Below are positions 31,492 through 42,840 of a DNA stretch of 64,000 nucleotides, one piece after another. This stretch comes from an uncultured Nitrospinota bacterium (GTDB taxonomy: Bacteria > Tectomicrobia > Entotheonellia > J063 > CAVPRW01). The notes under the pieces are model-generated. The model worked only from the letters and a program-made list of their open reading frames with translations, did no database searches and had not been told where the DNA came from. A program made the translations under genes and the position numbers. The stretch covers positions 128,001 to 192,000 of the forward strand of contig CAVPRW010000024.1 of the NCBI GenBank assembly GCA_963707985.1. Reading direction: 5' to 3'. Numbering within the stretch: position 1 is the first letter of the stretch; each line of letters begins with the position of its first letter.

Positions 31492-32800
31492 TCAGCGTCG
31501 GTCTCCAATAGTGAAGGAGAATGTGGAGCCTTTGCTGGGTTTTGAGGTGACCCAGATGCGCCCGCCATGGCGCTCGATGATTTTCTTGCAAATCGCTAAC
31601 CCAATGCCGCTGCCTTCATACTTCCGTTGGGTGTGCAGGCGCTGAAACACCTGAAAGATGCGCTCGAAATACTGTGGGTGGATGCCGATGCCGTTGTCGC
31701 ACACCGCAAACACCCACTCCCCGCCTGCGTGCTTTACCCCGATGCGGATGCGGGGAGGCGCCTCGCCCCTGAACTTCAGGGCATTGCCGATGAGGTGTTG
31801 GAATACCTGCCGCAGTTGGGCGGGATTGGCCATCACGGTGGGAAGGGGCGCAGCCGTGACCGCGGCCCTACTCTCCCGGATGCTGACCTCTAGGCTCGCG
31901 AGCACATCGTTGAGCACCGCTGCACAATCGGTCGGCTGCAGGGGTTCGCTGCGAGCGCCCACCCATGAATATGCCAAGAGGTCCTGAATAAGCGTGTGCA
32001 TACGGGTAACACCTGCGACGGCGTGGGCGATGAGTTCATGGGCGCGGGCGTCGAGCTGGTCGCGGTGGCGCTGCTGAAGCATTTGGACACACCCCGCCAC
32101 CGCCCGCAGCGGTTCCTGAAGATCGTGCGAAGCGACATAGGCGAACTGGGCCAGATCCGCATTGGACTGCGCCAATTCCGCCGCCGTTTGGCGCAGCGCT
32201 TGCTCTGCCCGCTGGCGCTCAGTGATGTCGCGAATGATGCCGCCATAAAAGCGTCCTTCAACGCTCGTCCAGGTGGACAGCGTCAGCGCCAACGGGAATT
32301 CCCGGCCGTCTTTGCGCAATCCGTTGAGTTCAATCACTGTTCCCATCAGCGCCGACTTGCCTAGACCGCCCATGCGCTCTATGCCCTGCCGATGCAATGC
32401 GTGATAGCGCTCTGGCATTAACCTGGTCAGCGGCTTCCCCACAACCTCATCCGCCGTGTAGCCGAAGATGCCGTGCGCCCCGTTGTTCCAGGTCAAGATG
32501 CGCCCGGCGCTATCGGCGGAGATGATCGCCTCGACAGCCGACTGCGCCATGGCAGAGAAGCGGCTCTCGGCTCGTTCGCGCTCGGCGATTTCACGTTCCA
32601 GGGCGGCATTCGTCTGGGAGAGTTCGGCAGTCCGCTCGGCAACCACTTGCTTAATCAGGATGCTACGACCGGTGACGATGAGGAGGAAAGCCCCTAATAC
32701 GCTGGTGAACACCATCCCTCCCAACAAGACCGTCCATGGTCCTAGGCTCTGCCGTGCAGCCAGATACTCAAGAGTCGGCGTAAAGCGGAGCGCCCAACGC
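31492..32800 (-). pseudogene. PAS histidine kinase with 5'-truncated extracellular sensor (CHASE-like tail remains)
   Basis: RWALRFTPTLEYL...TM-PAS-ASHDLQEPLR-HATPase; upstream in-frame stop and no convincing start. Confidence 0.75.
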
Positions 32801-33324
32801 TAGTGGCGCGAAAGTCTCCATGGTTGGAGGTATCCAAGCGCCTCAAGCGATGCATTACGGCATACGAAGTCTGCAAGCTTATCCTACAGCGTGTCAGAGA
32901 TTATAATATGATATTTGAATATTATAAAATATTATTGATATAAATATACTATAAATACGATAATTTCAAGTCAAGCCTATTCTCTTCCCTCCCATCGTAA
33001 GGACGGCCTGTTAACGTAAAAACGGTAAAAGGGCCACAACCAGGGGATATGGTAGAGTTAGCCTGCGGTTCATACTCTATTACTGAATCCAATGGTTATG
33101 TTGAGGGCCAGAGGTGCACATGAGGTGTCAGCCTGTGGCATAGGCACAGAAAGCCGTATTCTCTTTGAGGGGATGGAGAGGTTAGGACCTCAGTAGAGGT
33201 GGATGGTGGCAGAGCAGCCAAGGTATCTTGCCTGGTGAGTGACTGGTTAAGGACTGCCAAGGCTTCTTGCCTGCGAGTTGTAGCCTTGGCGGTGAATCGG
33301 CATTGCGGTGAGTCCTTCAGTGCG

Positions 33325-34002
33325 CTAGATTTTCTTTCCAGCCTCGATCAGACATTCCGTGAACACCTTATAAAACCGTTCATGCTCTCTCAACCCGCGG
33401 CTAAGAAATGTCACCAACTGTGGTAGATCATCGGGATGGAGGAGAAGGTTCACGCTCTCCATAAAGGCTTGTAAGTGATCAGCCGACTTAAAACGCTGCC
33501 CGATCAGGACTACAAACATCTCACGTCGAATATTCATATTGAGTCCAGCGAGGTAGCCCGCAATGGGATTAGGGGATTTGCCTTCAAAGTCATCATCCAG
33601 TAGTATCAGGTGATATTGGTTGAATCGCAGGCGTTTGAGGGCTTGAGCGGTAGCCGCAGGCATATCCACCAGGTAGCCCAGACCTTCCAACATTAACTTG
33701 ACTTCGCCCCGAGATTCTGACCGATTTATACATACAAGTGCGGCCGACTGACCTGGTGCTAAATAGTCCATCGCATCCGGAAGCTCATCGCCACTGTCAT
33801 CATGTCCGAGAGAGGTCACTCCCGCTGTCGCGTCATCTAGGGTTACGTCGGTCCTAGGCTCATCCAGGCTATTCATGGTCTTCGTGTTGACTAGTATTTT
33901 CCGTTTACACCGAGGACAGTTGAGACGAAACGTGATGTTCTGGGGCACCCGCTCGTCGGGGATGTGAATCACCGCCCGGCATTCTTCACAAATGATCTCC
34001 AT
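33325..34002 (-). CDS. Zinc-ribbon (MJ0042-type) plus receiver-like domain protein
   Basis: CEEC...IPDERVP...CPRC; degenerate REC-like C-terminus; follows pilU. Confidence 0.8.
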   Translation of the reverse strand: MEIICEECRAVIHIPDERVPQNITFRLNCPRCKRKILVNTKTMNSLDEPRTDVTLDDATAGVTSLGHDDSGDELPDAMDYLAPGQSAALVCINRSESRGEVKLMLEGLGYLVDMPAATAQALKRLRFNQYHLILLDDDFEGKSPNPIAGYLAGLNMNIRREMFVVLIGQRFKSADHLQAFMESVNLLLHPDDLPQLVTFLSRGLREHERFYKVFTECLIEAGKKI

Positions 34003-34022
34003 AACCTCTCCACCTCTAAACA

Positions 34023-35199
34023 TTACCTGATGAGTGTGATCTTGCCATATTCTTGGTCGAGCGCTAGGTCCTCGATATCGCTTGTGAGCATGCCCCACTC
34101 CTTCTTTGCCTCGTCGATACCACGGCGTGCCACCGACTTACGCGAGGCATAGGCCAGAGCGGTATCCTCGTCAACCACCCCTTCCTGAAAAAGTTTAATG
34201 ATGCTTTGATCGAACGTTTGCATCCCAAAAGGCTCCGCAGCTTCAATGATCTCATAGAACGTCTTACCCTCCGACTCGCCGTTCAACACAGAATCTTTGA
34301 CGCGAAGGTTCGTCCCCATGATTTCCAATGCGGCGACGCGCCCTCCATCAATCCGTGGCAGAAGTCGTTGGGAGACAATCCAGCGGAGGGTATTCGCCAA
34401 GCGGATGCGCACGAGTTTCTCTTCATCCTTGTCGAACATTCCAAGAATGCGCGTAATCGTTTGCCCCGCATCGATGGTATGCATAGTGCTCAAGACCAAA
34501 TGGCCGGTTTCTGCAGCCGACAGCGCGATCTCAACCGTCTCGCGATCGCGCATCTCACCCACAAGAATGACCTTAGGCGCCTGGCGGAGCGCAGCGCGGA
34601 GACCATTGGCAAAGGTGTCGAAGTCGCTCCCGAGTTCGCGCTGGTTGATGGTGGCCTTCTTGTGAGGATGGACAAACTCCATGGGGTCTTCGAGCGTCAC
34701 AATGTGCATGGCCTTAGTCTGGTTCATTCGATCGATGAGAGCCGCCAATGTCGTAGATTTCCCGCTTCCAGTGGCGCCGGTGACCAAGATCAGGCCATTT
34801 TTCTCCTGGGGCATCTGATGGAAAACTGGGGGAAGATGCAGGTCATCAATCGTGAGAATCTGTGTGCTCAATTTTCTGAGCACGATGCAGTAGGAATTTC
34901 GTTGCTGAAAGACATTGGTGCGGAAGCGAGCCTTGCCGATCAGCGCATAGGAACAATCACATGATCCTTGTGCGATTAAGAGCTGTGAGAGTCGCCGATC
35001 GCATTGCATCAGGTGCAGGGCCAGTGTCTCAGTCTGGAATGGCGTGAGCCTCTCCAAGCGTGGGTCGATCCCAACCGGGGTCAACTCGCCTGACACCTCT
35101 ACCTGCGGTGGTTTCGCCACCGAGAAATTCATAGTCGGAGACATTGTCATGGCTTTCTAACATGCGCCTAAGAAGATAATCGACATCCGCCTTTCGCAT
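34023..35199 (-). CDS. pilU: PilT/PilU-family retraction ATPase (second paralog), frameshift near 35130
   Basis: GATGSGKST, EDPMEF, ALRQAPKVILVGEMRD, TGHLVLSTMH; the N-terminus MRKADVDYLL...NVSD lies in another frame. Confidence 0.85.
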
Positions 35200-35211
35200 A
35201 GTTGCCCCCCT

Positions 35212-36291
35212 TTATTCCCATCCGTCAACTGGTTTGTGGGTCAGATATGCGGCAAACTTAGCCTTATCGGTACACCGACTATACGCCTCCTCGGCGCCGA
35301 TCCAACCTTTCTTCAACAGATCTTCTATGGCATTGTCCAGCGATTGCATACCGTATTTCCGACCGGTCTGAATCACTGAAGGAATCTGGAAGGTTTTATT
35401 TTCACGGATAAGGTTAGCACAGGCGGGAGTACAGATCAGGATCTCTAATGCCGCACACCGGCCCTTGACATCGATGCGCTTGAATAATGTTTGGGCCACC
35501 ACCGCTTTTAGGCTATCTGATAGTGTCGAACGAATCTGCTCTTGCTGGTTCGCGGGGAACACATCGATGATCCGATCCACCGTTTTAGAAGCACTTTGGG
35601 TATGCAATGTACCAAACACGAGATGGCCCGTCGCCGCTGCTTCAATAGCTAACTGGATCGTCTCAAGGTCGCGCATTTCCCCAACCAAGATGATGTCAGG
35701 GTCCTCACGCAATGCCGCTCGTAACGCTGTGGCAAATGAGCGTGTATGCCGGCCAACCTCGCGATGATTGACGATACAGCCCTGACTGCGATGGACAAAT
35801 TCGACGGGGTCCTCAACGGTGATGATGTGATCCTTGCGATGCTTGTTGGCGTAGTCGACGATCGCCGCAAGAGTGGTCGACTTTCCACTCCCCGTCGGAC
35901 CAGTGACCAGGACGAGCCCCTTATGCAGCATGGCGAGCTGTGTCGTGACAGGCGGTAAGCCGAGCTGGTCAGCTGTCATAACAGTGCTGGGGATGAGCCG
36001 GAAGACAGCCCCGATACCATGTAGCTGTCGGAAAAAGTTCGCACGGTAGCGCGCAAGTCCAGGAATCTCGTAGGCAAAATCGACATCACCGGTTTCCTCA
36101 AAAATTTTGATCTTGTCTTCTGAAGCGATTTCATAGAGCATGGAGGTGAGTTCATCATCGTCAAAGAGCTTGTATTTGATCCGCTCCATATCACCTCGAA
36201 TCCTCAAAATCGGCTGCGAACCAGCCACCACATGCAGATCTGAGGCACCGAGATCGCCCATCAATTTGAAGAACGCATCGATTTTCGCCAT
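35212..36291 (-). CDS. pilT: Type IV pilus retraction ATPase PilT
   Basis: ASDLH, GPTGSGKSTT, ALREDPDIILVGEMRD, ANLIRENK. Confidence 0.95.
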   Translation of the reverse strand: MAKIDAFFKLMGDLGASDLHVVAGSQPILRIRGDMERIKYKLFDDDELTSMLYEIASEDKIKIFEETGDVDFAYEIPGLARYRANFFRQLHGIGAVFRLIPSTVMTADQLGLPPVTTQLAMLHKGLVLVTGPTGSGKSTTLAAIVDYANKHRKDHIITVEDPVEFVHRSQGCIVNHREVGRHTRSFATALRAALREDPDIILVGEMRDLETIQLAIEAAATGHLVFGTLHTQSASKTVDRIIDVFPANQQEQIRSTLSDSLKAVVAQTLFKRIDVKGRCAALEILICTPACANLIRENKTFQIPSVIQTGRKYGMQSLDNAIEDLLKKGWIGAEEAYSRCTDKAKFAAYLTHKPVDGWE

Positions 36292-36575
36292 TGGTCCCAT
36301 CCCTCCTGGTCCAAAATTATATGGTCTGTTAGATGTGCTTTCGACCTGCAGACTGATCTGAGAAAAGAGCGTCGATTATGCGCGGATAGAAGCCCGTGAG
36401 GACCTCGCTCCACCCGTTGGCGAGCAGGTGACTCAGCGCCGCTAATAATAGCAGGTGCATGTACTATGCAGAGATATCGGTGTCAGGATTGAGACACTTG
36501 AGAGGAGCACAGCGACCTTCCGGGACTACATACAGCTCAGTCCAGACAAGGCCAAGGTGTCAGGTAGCCGCAAGG

Positions 36576-38129
36576 TCAGGGTCTAATCTCCCATCCCTGT
36601 ACCTTGAGATAGGCATTCCAGATCTGTTCCGGGGTAATACCATGTTTGTCCGACATGCGTTGGAGGATGCGCTGCTCCACCGTCCTACGTTCTTCCGCAG
36701 TACCAGACTGCAAATCTCGGAGCTGTTGTTCGAGCTCCAGATAAATTCGTACTTCATCCGACGTCGGGCGTGGAATGAACTCGACAGCTGTCGACGACAG
36801 ACTGATCGGTTCCAGTCGAAGCGCAGGTCTTTTCTCCAGGCTCGGCGGTTTCATGTCAACCCGCTTGATCTCATCGGCCGAACCCTCGCCCTCATGGCGC
36901 CTACTCGCCACATTCCGATGCACCCATCCCTTCCGCGCGCCGCCAAGTTCGACCTGAAACCACTCACCGTGCTCGGCTATGAAGTCGAGCACATCATCCT
37001 TCTTCAGCTGTTTGATGGACTCGTGGTTCATGCCAGGTCCATTTCGGACGTTCACAATCGGTGCGGTCACGATCACGGTGGGCCTAGCGTCATCAACTTT
37101 GGCTGCAGAGGGCATGCTATCAGGCTGGCCCAGTTCGGCAATGGCGTTTCCCAGCAAGGCTTGGATCGCGTGCTCGGCACGCTGCAGGTCTCGATCGGTG
37201 AAGGACCTTTCGTTAATCAGTACCTCGAAGTATAAATCGGGCATAGCGGCCAGCTGTTTATGCATGTCTATCAATGCATTCTGGGCCGCGAAATGCGGTG
37301 TGATCGGCGACACCGCTTCATGCAACCGAGTCTCCTCTCCATGGCCTTTGAGATCATCCATCCATTGGGCAGTCCATGTCTGCCATTCACTGGCACGCGG
37401 GTCAACCCTGGGAAAGCCCCCCTTCACCCGCTCTTGCTGATATCGTCCCTGCAGGCGCGACCAGAAGCCTGTGAGTGTCCCTAAGGTATCGCGTAAATGT
37501 TGACGGATGGTTTCCCGGGCGAGCTGCTCCCGTGCCTGGCTGTCCTGTTGCTCTGCAGTGGTGCCGATGGTGAGCGTCTTGGATAGGCGAATGATCGCTG
37601 CATCGATCTCGCGCGAGCTGTTTCCAGGTAGCGGGGAAGCCTTCATGAACGGCAATCGGAGCAAAGATTGCTGAACAAAGGGAGATTGCCGCGACGGATC
37701 GAACTCTACAGTGAGACGGTACACACCGGGCTGGAGGGCGTCCTGTGGATCGTGCAGATAATACTTGATATAAAGCTCCGGTCCAAGCTCCAGCGTAAAG
37801 AGGCGATTCATGACCAATGCCTCTTTAACTTCTATTGAGCCGCTACCCACTCTGTCAAGTGTCCCGACCAGAATAATCCCATTTGGTAAATTGGTGGTAC
37901 CATTTACACGGATGTGCCCGACCTCAGCGGTAACCGTATAGTCAAAGATTCGCGCTTCCTGGGGCAGGTTGTCTTGCTGCACCTGTGAAGCCTCTCGGTT
38001 TGTGAAAAAGCGAGAGGAAAACAATCCGATAGCGGCGATCCCAAGGGCGAGAACGAGGCTGACCACTAGGATGCCGCCGAATATCCGCCCGCTTGAACGC
38101 TGCTGAAGTCGTCCTAGGTGCGTAGCCAT
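36576..38129 (-). CDS. Membrane-anchored protein with bacterial SH3 domain
   Basis: N-terminal TM; VNVRNGPGMNH...GEWFQV...GWVH. Confidence 0.8.
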   Translation of the reverse strand: MATHLGRLQQRSSGRIFGGILVVSLVLALGIAAIGLFSSRFFTNREASQVQQDNLPQEARIFDYTVTAEVGHIRVNGTTNLPNGIILVGTLDRVGSGSIEVKEALVMNRLFTLELGPELYIKYYLHDPQDALQPGVYRLTVEFDPSRQSPFVQQSLLRLPFMKASPLPGNSSREIDAAIIRLSKTLTIGTTAEQQDSQAREQLARETIRQHLRDTLGTLTGFWSRLQGRYQQERVKGGFPRVDPRASEWQTWTAQWMDDLKGHGEETRLHEAVSPITPHFAAQNALIDMHKQLAAMPDLYFEVLINERSFTDRDLQRAEHAIQALLGNAIAELGQPDSMPSAAKVDDARPTVIVTAPIVNVRNGPGMNHESIKQLKKDDVLDFIAEHGEWFQVELGGARKGWVHRNVASRRHEGEGSADEIKRVDMKPPSLEKRPALRLEPISLSSTAVEFIPRPTSDEVRIYLELEQQLRDLQSGTAEERRTVEQRILQRMSDKHGITPEQIWNAYLKVQGWEIRP

Positions 38130-38416
38130 AGTGGGGGTGGATTGCCATCTCGGTTAGGGATGACCACGGGCTTGGTAAGTCCACGCTAACATGACACGAA
38201 GATATGCAACGGCTGCTTAAAAGTCAAGGCTCATCCGACCGCACGCCGCCGTTGCAATAGGATTCCGAATATGTTAGGGTGCGTCAACTTGTCGAACAGA
38301 GGTTGAGAACGAGTGCGTTGTCACCCTTGGAGATAGACGAACCGAACCCCGAGTTGTTGCACTCGGAGGCACGGTCCTCATCAGAATCTTGAGTGTGCTC
38401 GTGGCGGGAGGAAGGG

Positions 38417-38632
38417 ATGGGCCGCTTTATCTCAACGATTATCTTAATGGTTCTCTATAGCGGTGTGGGATTGGTACTGTTGATGGTGGTTTATCGTCTG
38501 GTGGATGCCTTCGCTCCCTTCGATGTGGAAAAGAAGATCGCCGAGGACAACAGCACGGCCACCGCACTTTTTCTCGCGGGGATCTTTGTTGCCCTCGGCT
38601 GCATACTCGGTGCCGTGATTATACGCCCATGA
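38417..38632 (+). CDS. DUF350 membrane protein (second paralog)
   Basis: APFDVEKKIAEDNSTATALFLAGIFVALGCILGAVI. Confidence 0.85.
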   Translation: MGRFISTIILMVLYSGVGLVLLMVVYRLVDAFAPFDVEKKIAEDNSTATALFLAGIFVALGCILGAVIIRP

Positions 38633-38681
38633 ACGGCCAACCCTTATGTCTCCCGACCGGGTTGGCAAACACCGTTGGTTG

Positions 38682-38717
38682 GAGAGGGAAGGTCGTGCCA
38701 CCAACCCTTCCTTCGCC
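38682..38717. terminator. Possible hairpin between convergent DUF350 and pspA
   Basis: GAGGGAAGG...CCTTCCTTC imperfect inverted repeat; no clear U-tract. Confidence 0.35.
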
Positions 38718-38733
38718 GCGTGTCATCCAGAGC

Positions 38734-39423
38734 TCAGGGGGCAGGTGGAAGCTCCTTCTGGACCTTGGCTTTTAACGCATGAAGTGCTTGTTCGACATCG
38801 GTGGAACTTTCTAGAGCTCTAAACCTTTGATCCATGGTGTCACCACTGAGTTCTTGGGAGAGTTCCACTGCTGCTCCGGCTTGGGCCTCGATTTCCTCGA
38901 CCTTCGCCGACATACGATCAAAGGACTCAAAGGCGCTGGTATCAGTAAGCCCTGCCATCACCTCGTGAATATGCTTCTGGGCTTGGGCACGCTTCTGGCG
39001 CGCCACAAGAAGGTTTTTCTTGCGCCCCGCCTCCTCGATTTTTTGGCTGAGAGCCCGCAGCGAATTTTTCAAATTCTCGGTGCTGGACTGCTGTGCATCC
39101 CACTGTTTTTTATAGCCGATGGCAATTTGCTCATGCTCAGCCTTGCGACGCAGGGCCTCACGTGCTAGGTCATCTTCACCCTTTTGCACCGCCATCGTCG
39201 CGCGTCGCTCCCATTCTCGTACTTGCTCGAGCTCGGCTTCCAACTGGACCGCCAAACGTTTTTCATCAGCAATCGCCACAGCAACTTCACGTTTCGCCTC
39301 TACGAGTTGCTGACGCATCTGAATGAGGATCTGATCTAGCATCTTTTCGGGATCCTCAGCCTTGTTGATCAAATGATTGAGGTTCGATTTAATGACCGTA
39401 GTCACGCGATCCATAATGCCCAT
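38734..39423 (-). CDS. pspA: PspA/IM30 family protein
   Basis: MGIMDRV...KAEDPEKML...GEDDLAREAL...FDRM..KVE. Confidence 0.95.
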   Translation of the reverse strand: MGIMDRVTTVIKSNLNHLINKAEDPEKMLDQILIQMRQQLVEAKREVAVAIADEKRLAVQLEAELEQVREWERRATMAVQKGEDDLAREALRRKAEHEQIAIGYKKQWDAQQSSTENLKNSLRALSQKIEEAGRKKNLLVARQKRAQAQKHIHEVMAGLTDTSAFESFDRMSAKVEEIEAQAGAAVELSQELSGDTMDQRFRALESSTDVEQALHALKAKVQKELPPAP

Positions 39424-39477
39424 GTGTGGTTCTCCTTATCTTTCCCTGCATTATCTGCACTTGGAAGAACAATCATA

Positions 39478-39850
39478 TCAGTTTCGAAACGCGTTGAGCC
39501 TCTGATAATCCTGTGTACTCGCAAGTAATAGCGCTTCTAATGACGCTTGAAATTCATTAAAATCGAGGTGCTCTGACTGCAGCGTGTCTATGAGCACCAC
39601 ATTATCTCCCTCGATACCATATGCTCCATGAATCATGTTACTAGCGTTAAGTTCGAGAAGTAATTTAAAAAATTCTTCACACCTCTCTTTTGGGATTTCC
39701 ATCAGCTTCACTCTAAACACGACTAAAGGTGGTTCATAGGTGACTACAATGGTAATCGTATCATGAATAACCCACATGTGAGACTCAACTGATTCAAAAG
39801 GGTATTCCATCTGAATTAGATAATGTTCGATGTTATCGTAGTGTATCCAT
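39478..39850 (-). CDS. CesT/YbjN-like chaperone-fold protein, probable 1-nt indel near the start
   Basis: PPLVVFRVKLM...FFKLLLELNASNMIHGAYGIE...DTLQSEHLDFNEF; ATG 39850 is out of frame by one base. Confidence 0.8.
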
Positions 39851-39865
39851 ATTGTGCAATACTCC

Positions 39866-40588
39866 TTATATCACTTCAAGGGTGATCCATAAATCATAAA
39901 GGCTATGTGTATAGGCCGTGATTCCATAGCCACGCGCAAAGTACAACCCAGTCAAAACCAATCCAGCTATCACTCGAAACACAAACGACGAAAGCTGCCA
40001 CGGATCACCAAAAGGTCCTATATAGTGAAAAGCCGCGAACAAGATGGCGCCGAGAGCTGCTGCCACGCCATATGCCACCAGCTGCTGGAAATGTAAGAGA
40101 CGATGAAAGAAGAATATTAGAGCCCCCAGCAGCAGGACGCGAAACACGAATTCTTCATAGATCCCAGCTCCCAGCGAGACCAGAATCTGCGCCGATCGAC
40201 TTAAGGGTAACGGCTGCGCCAACAGAAGGCGCGTCAGCGCGCTGACCAGTGCCCCGAATACCACAGAATATACCAGACTCTCGGCCAACATCCATCCCAG
40301 AACTCCGAGACGAATCGACCCGAAGCGTGGCCCCCCTCCCAAGAGCCGGAACAGGAGGAGCGCCACGACCATCGCGAGGCCGAAGGCGAAGAAGCCGTGA
40401 ATACCCACATAAGCCAAGAAGAGCTTTAAGAATACATCGGCGCTATTGCGAATGCCATAGAGGTCCGAGTGATTCAGGAAAACCGCGAAGCCCTCGTAGG
40501 CCAGCAGAAGCGGCATGGCAAATAGTAGACTATACTGAGGTGAGCGCGAGAGCTGAAAATACGTCGGTTGGACGTAGCGCCGGGCCAT
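39866..40588 (-). CDS. CPBP (Abi/Rce1) intramembrane metalloprotease
   Basis: AGIYEEFVFR, FAAFH, YTHSLYD. Confidence 0.9.
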   Translation of the reverse strand: MARRYVQPTYFQLSRSPQYSLLFAMPLLLAYEGFAVFLNHSDLYGIRNSADVFLKLFLAYVGIHGFFAFGLAMVVALLLFRLLGGGPRFGSIRLGVLGWMLAESLVYSVVFGALVSALTRLLLAQPLPLSRSAQILVSLGAGIYEEFVFRVLLLGALIFFFHRLLHFQQLVAYGVAAALGAILFAAFHYIGPFGDPWQLSSFVFRVIAGLVLTGLYFARGYGITAYTHSLYDLWITLEVI

Positions 40589-40597
40589 GGTGATCTA

Positions 40598-41452
40598 TTA
40601 CTCGCGCAGGTATCTAAGGAACTCCATCTGAGGAGGCAAAAGTAGGGTCGTTTTGCCCTTCAGCGATTTTCTGTAGGCTTCAAGCGTGCGGGTAAAGGTA
40701 AAAAAATCAGGATCTTGCTGGAAGGCTTCGGCATACACGCGCATCGCCGCTGCATCCCCCTCGCCACGGATGGCTTGTTCGTGTTCGTAGGCCTCGGCCA
40801 GCATGATCGTTTTCTGCTTGTCGGATTCGGCGCGAATCTTCAACGCTTCCTCTTGCCCTTCCGAACGGTATCGTTTGGCTTCGCGCTCGCGCTCGGTGCG
40901 CATGCGGCCATATACGGCCTGGGCGTTTTCAGCTGGTAAATCGGCCCGCTTAATTCGAACGTCGATCACATGGATCCCATAAGCTTTCGAGGCCTCATCA
41001 CTGGCAAGAGTTACCGCTCGCATGATCGGATCGCGCTTGCTGGCAATCACTTCAACCAAATCATGCAAGCCCAATTGCTCGCGAACCTTGGAGTAGATGA
41101 TGTCATCCAGGCGTGCCTGTGCGCCTGCCTCATTCTGGACGGTCTGCAGAAATTTGAGGGGGTCCCTGATCTGCCATTTGGCATAGTTATCAACCACCAA
41201 ATTCTTCTTGTCGCGTGTAATCACCGGTGCAGGCGCGGCGTCATAATCGAGGAGGCGATCTTCAAAGAAGGTGAGCTGCTGCAGAAATGGCAGCTTGAAG
41301 TGCAGGCCTGGGGTCTGCACCAGACGCACTGGACGACCGAGTTGGGTGACGACGACTTGTTCGGTCTCCGATACGACATAGAGTGTCCGCGATACGATGA
41401 TTACTAGGGCACCGACACCTATGATCCACCACAACGCCGATGCTCCTGGCAT
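40598..41452 (-). CDS. hflC: FtsH modulator HflC
   Basis: PGLHFKLPF, TRDKKNLVVD, DVRIKRADLP, RMRTERERE, DPDFFTFTRTLEAY. Confidence 0.95.
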   Translation of the reverse strand: MPGASALWWIIGVGALVIIVSRTLYVVSETEQVVVTQLGRPVRLVQTPGLHFKLPFLQQLTFFEDRLLDYDAAPAPVITRDKKNLVVDNYAKWQIRDPLKFLQTVQNEAGAQARLDDIIYSKVREQLGLHDLVEVIASKRDPIMRAVTLASDEASKAYGIHVIDVRIKRADLPAENAQAVYGRMRTEREREAKRYRSEGQEEALKIRAESDKQKTIMLAEAYEHEQAIRGEGDAAAMRVYAEAFQQDPDFFTFTRTLEAYRKSLKGKTTLLLPPQMEFLRYLRE

Positions 41453-41472
41453 GGATGGGCTCCCTCTACCGC

Positions 41473-42515
41473 TTAGCGCTTCTCACCGACGCCATCGAGG
41501 CCAGACTGATTCCCACCTTTGCCGAGCGGCAGGATGGGGAGTACATTGGTACCAGCCCTCTCTTCCAGGATGATCTTGTCCATTTGTGGGAGGACCTCTT
41601 CGAGCGTTTCTAATAACAACCGCTTCCGGGTAATCTCTTTGGCGGCGTGGTATTCTCCAAGTACCTGTAAAAATCGTTGTGCCTCCCCCTGAGCGCGGCG
41701 GATTTTTTCCTCACGATAGGCTTCTGCTTCGCGCAGAATCATTTCCACTCGGCCTCGGACCTCTGGGATGATGGCGCTCCGATAGCCTTCCGCCTCGTTG
41801 ATGAAACGGGCCTTATCCTCACGGGCGCTGGCTACATCTTTAAAGGCATCGATGACCTGTTTCGGCGGTTGCACCTCCTGTAGTTGTACGGCAATGATCT
41901 GCAACCCTGCTTCATAGTTGTTCAAAATGGTTTGCAGCAACGCCTTGGTCTCTTCCTGGATTTCGAGCTTGCCGACCGTTAAAGCTTCATCAATGTGACG
42001 GCGGCCAATCACTTCCCGTAAGGCAGCTTCACTGGCGGACTTGACGGTGTCTGCGAGATGGCGAACTTTAAAGAGGTACTTGGCGGGATCGGCAATGCGA
42101 TACTGCACTACCAGATCGATATCGATGATATTTTCATCGCCGGTCAACATCAATGATTCGGAGGCGACATCCGCATAGCGTGCCGGAGGACCAGGATCGA
42201 TGCTGCGGAAGCCGATCTCAACCCGCTGCACCTCAGTCACCTTCGGCCGTAGAATGGCTTCGAGAGGATACGGCCAATGCCAATGGAACCCGGGTCCGTG
42301 GTGGCCACATGCTTGCCAAAGCGGAGGACAATCCCGCGTTGGTCCGGTCCAACGGTGTAGGCACCGCTAGCGAGCCACACGGCTACCATCACCGCAACGA
42401 CCAGCCATAGGAGCTGTGGGCTGAGCTGTTGGAGCCGCAAAGACGGGAGATGAAAGGGCGTCCAACCGAAACCCCCTCCAGCTCCTTTGCGAAAATTGAA
42501 ATCGTCCCATGCCAT
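41473..42515 (-). CDS. hflK: FtsH modulator HflK, frameshift near 42285
   Basis: GIVLRFGK..TTDPG; MLTGDENIIDID; VQPPKQVIDAFKDV..ARED; split over two frames. Confidence 0.92.
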
Positions 42516-42840
42516 GGTGACGCCCCCGCCGCACTGCGTTATCCGCTCAGGGCGTGGTCACTTCCCCGCGGCTCCTGTGATCACCATAACAGAGCCTCCA
42601 TGAGGCGTCAATAGCGAAGGAAAGGCTGTCGTATCCCCCTTCCAACGCGCCCTAGGCCCTTGTCAGCTCCTTGGATAGCTATGAGGGATGAATTGAACTT
42701 GCGTTTTGGCGGAAGTTTGCGCACAATACAAGCCAATTTCCAAACGGCAACCGAGGCGCGCACATAGCCCTCGCTGGTGATATCTGTGTGACTGACAGTC
42801 ATACGCGCTGGCCGAGAGGTCTAGACGGGACATCGTCACT

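Noticed and set aside
38280..38400. Hairpin upstream of DUF350 as a riboswitch
   Set aside because: Does not match any riboswitch consensus I recognise; an Rfam search would be needed
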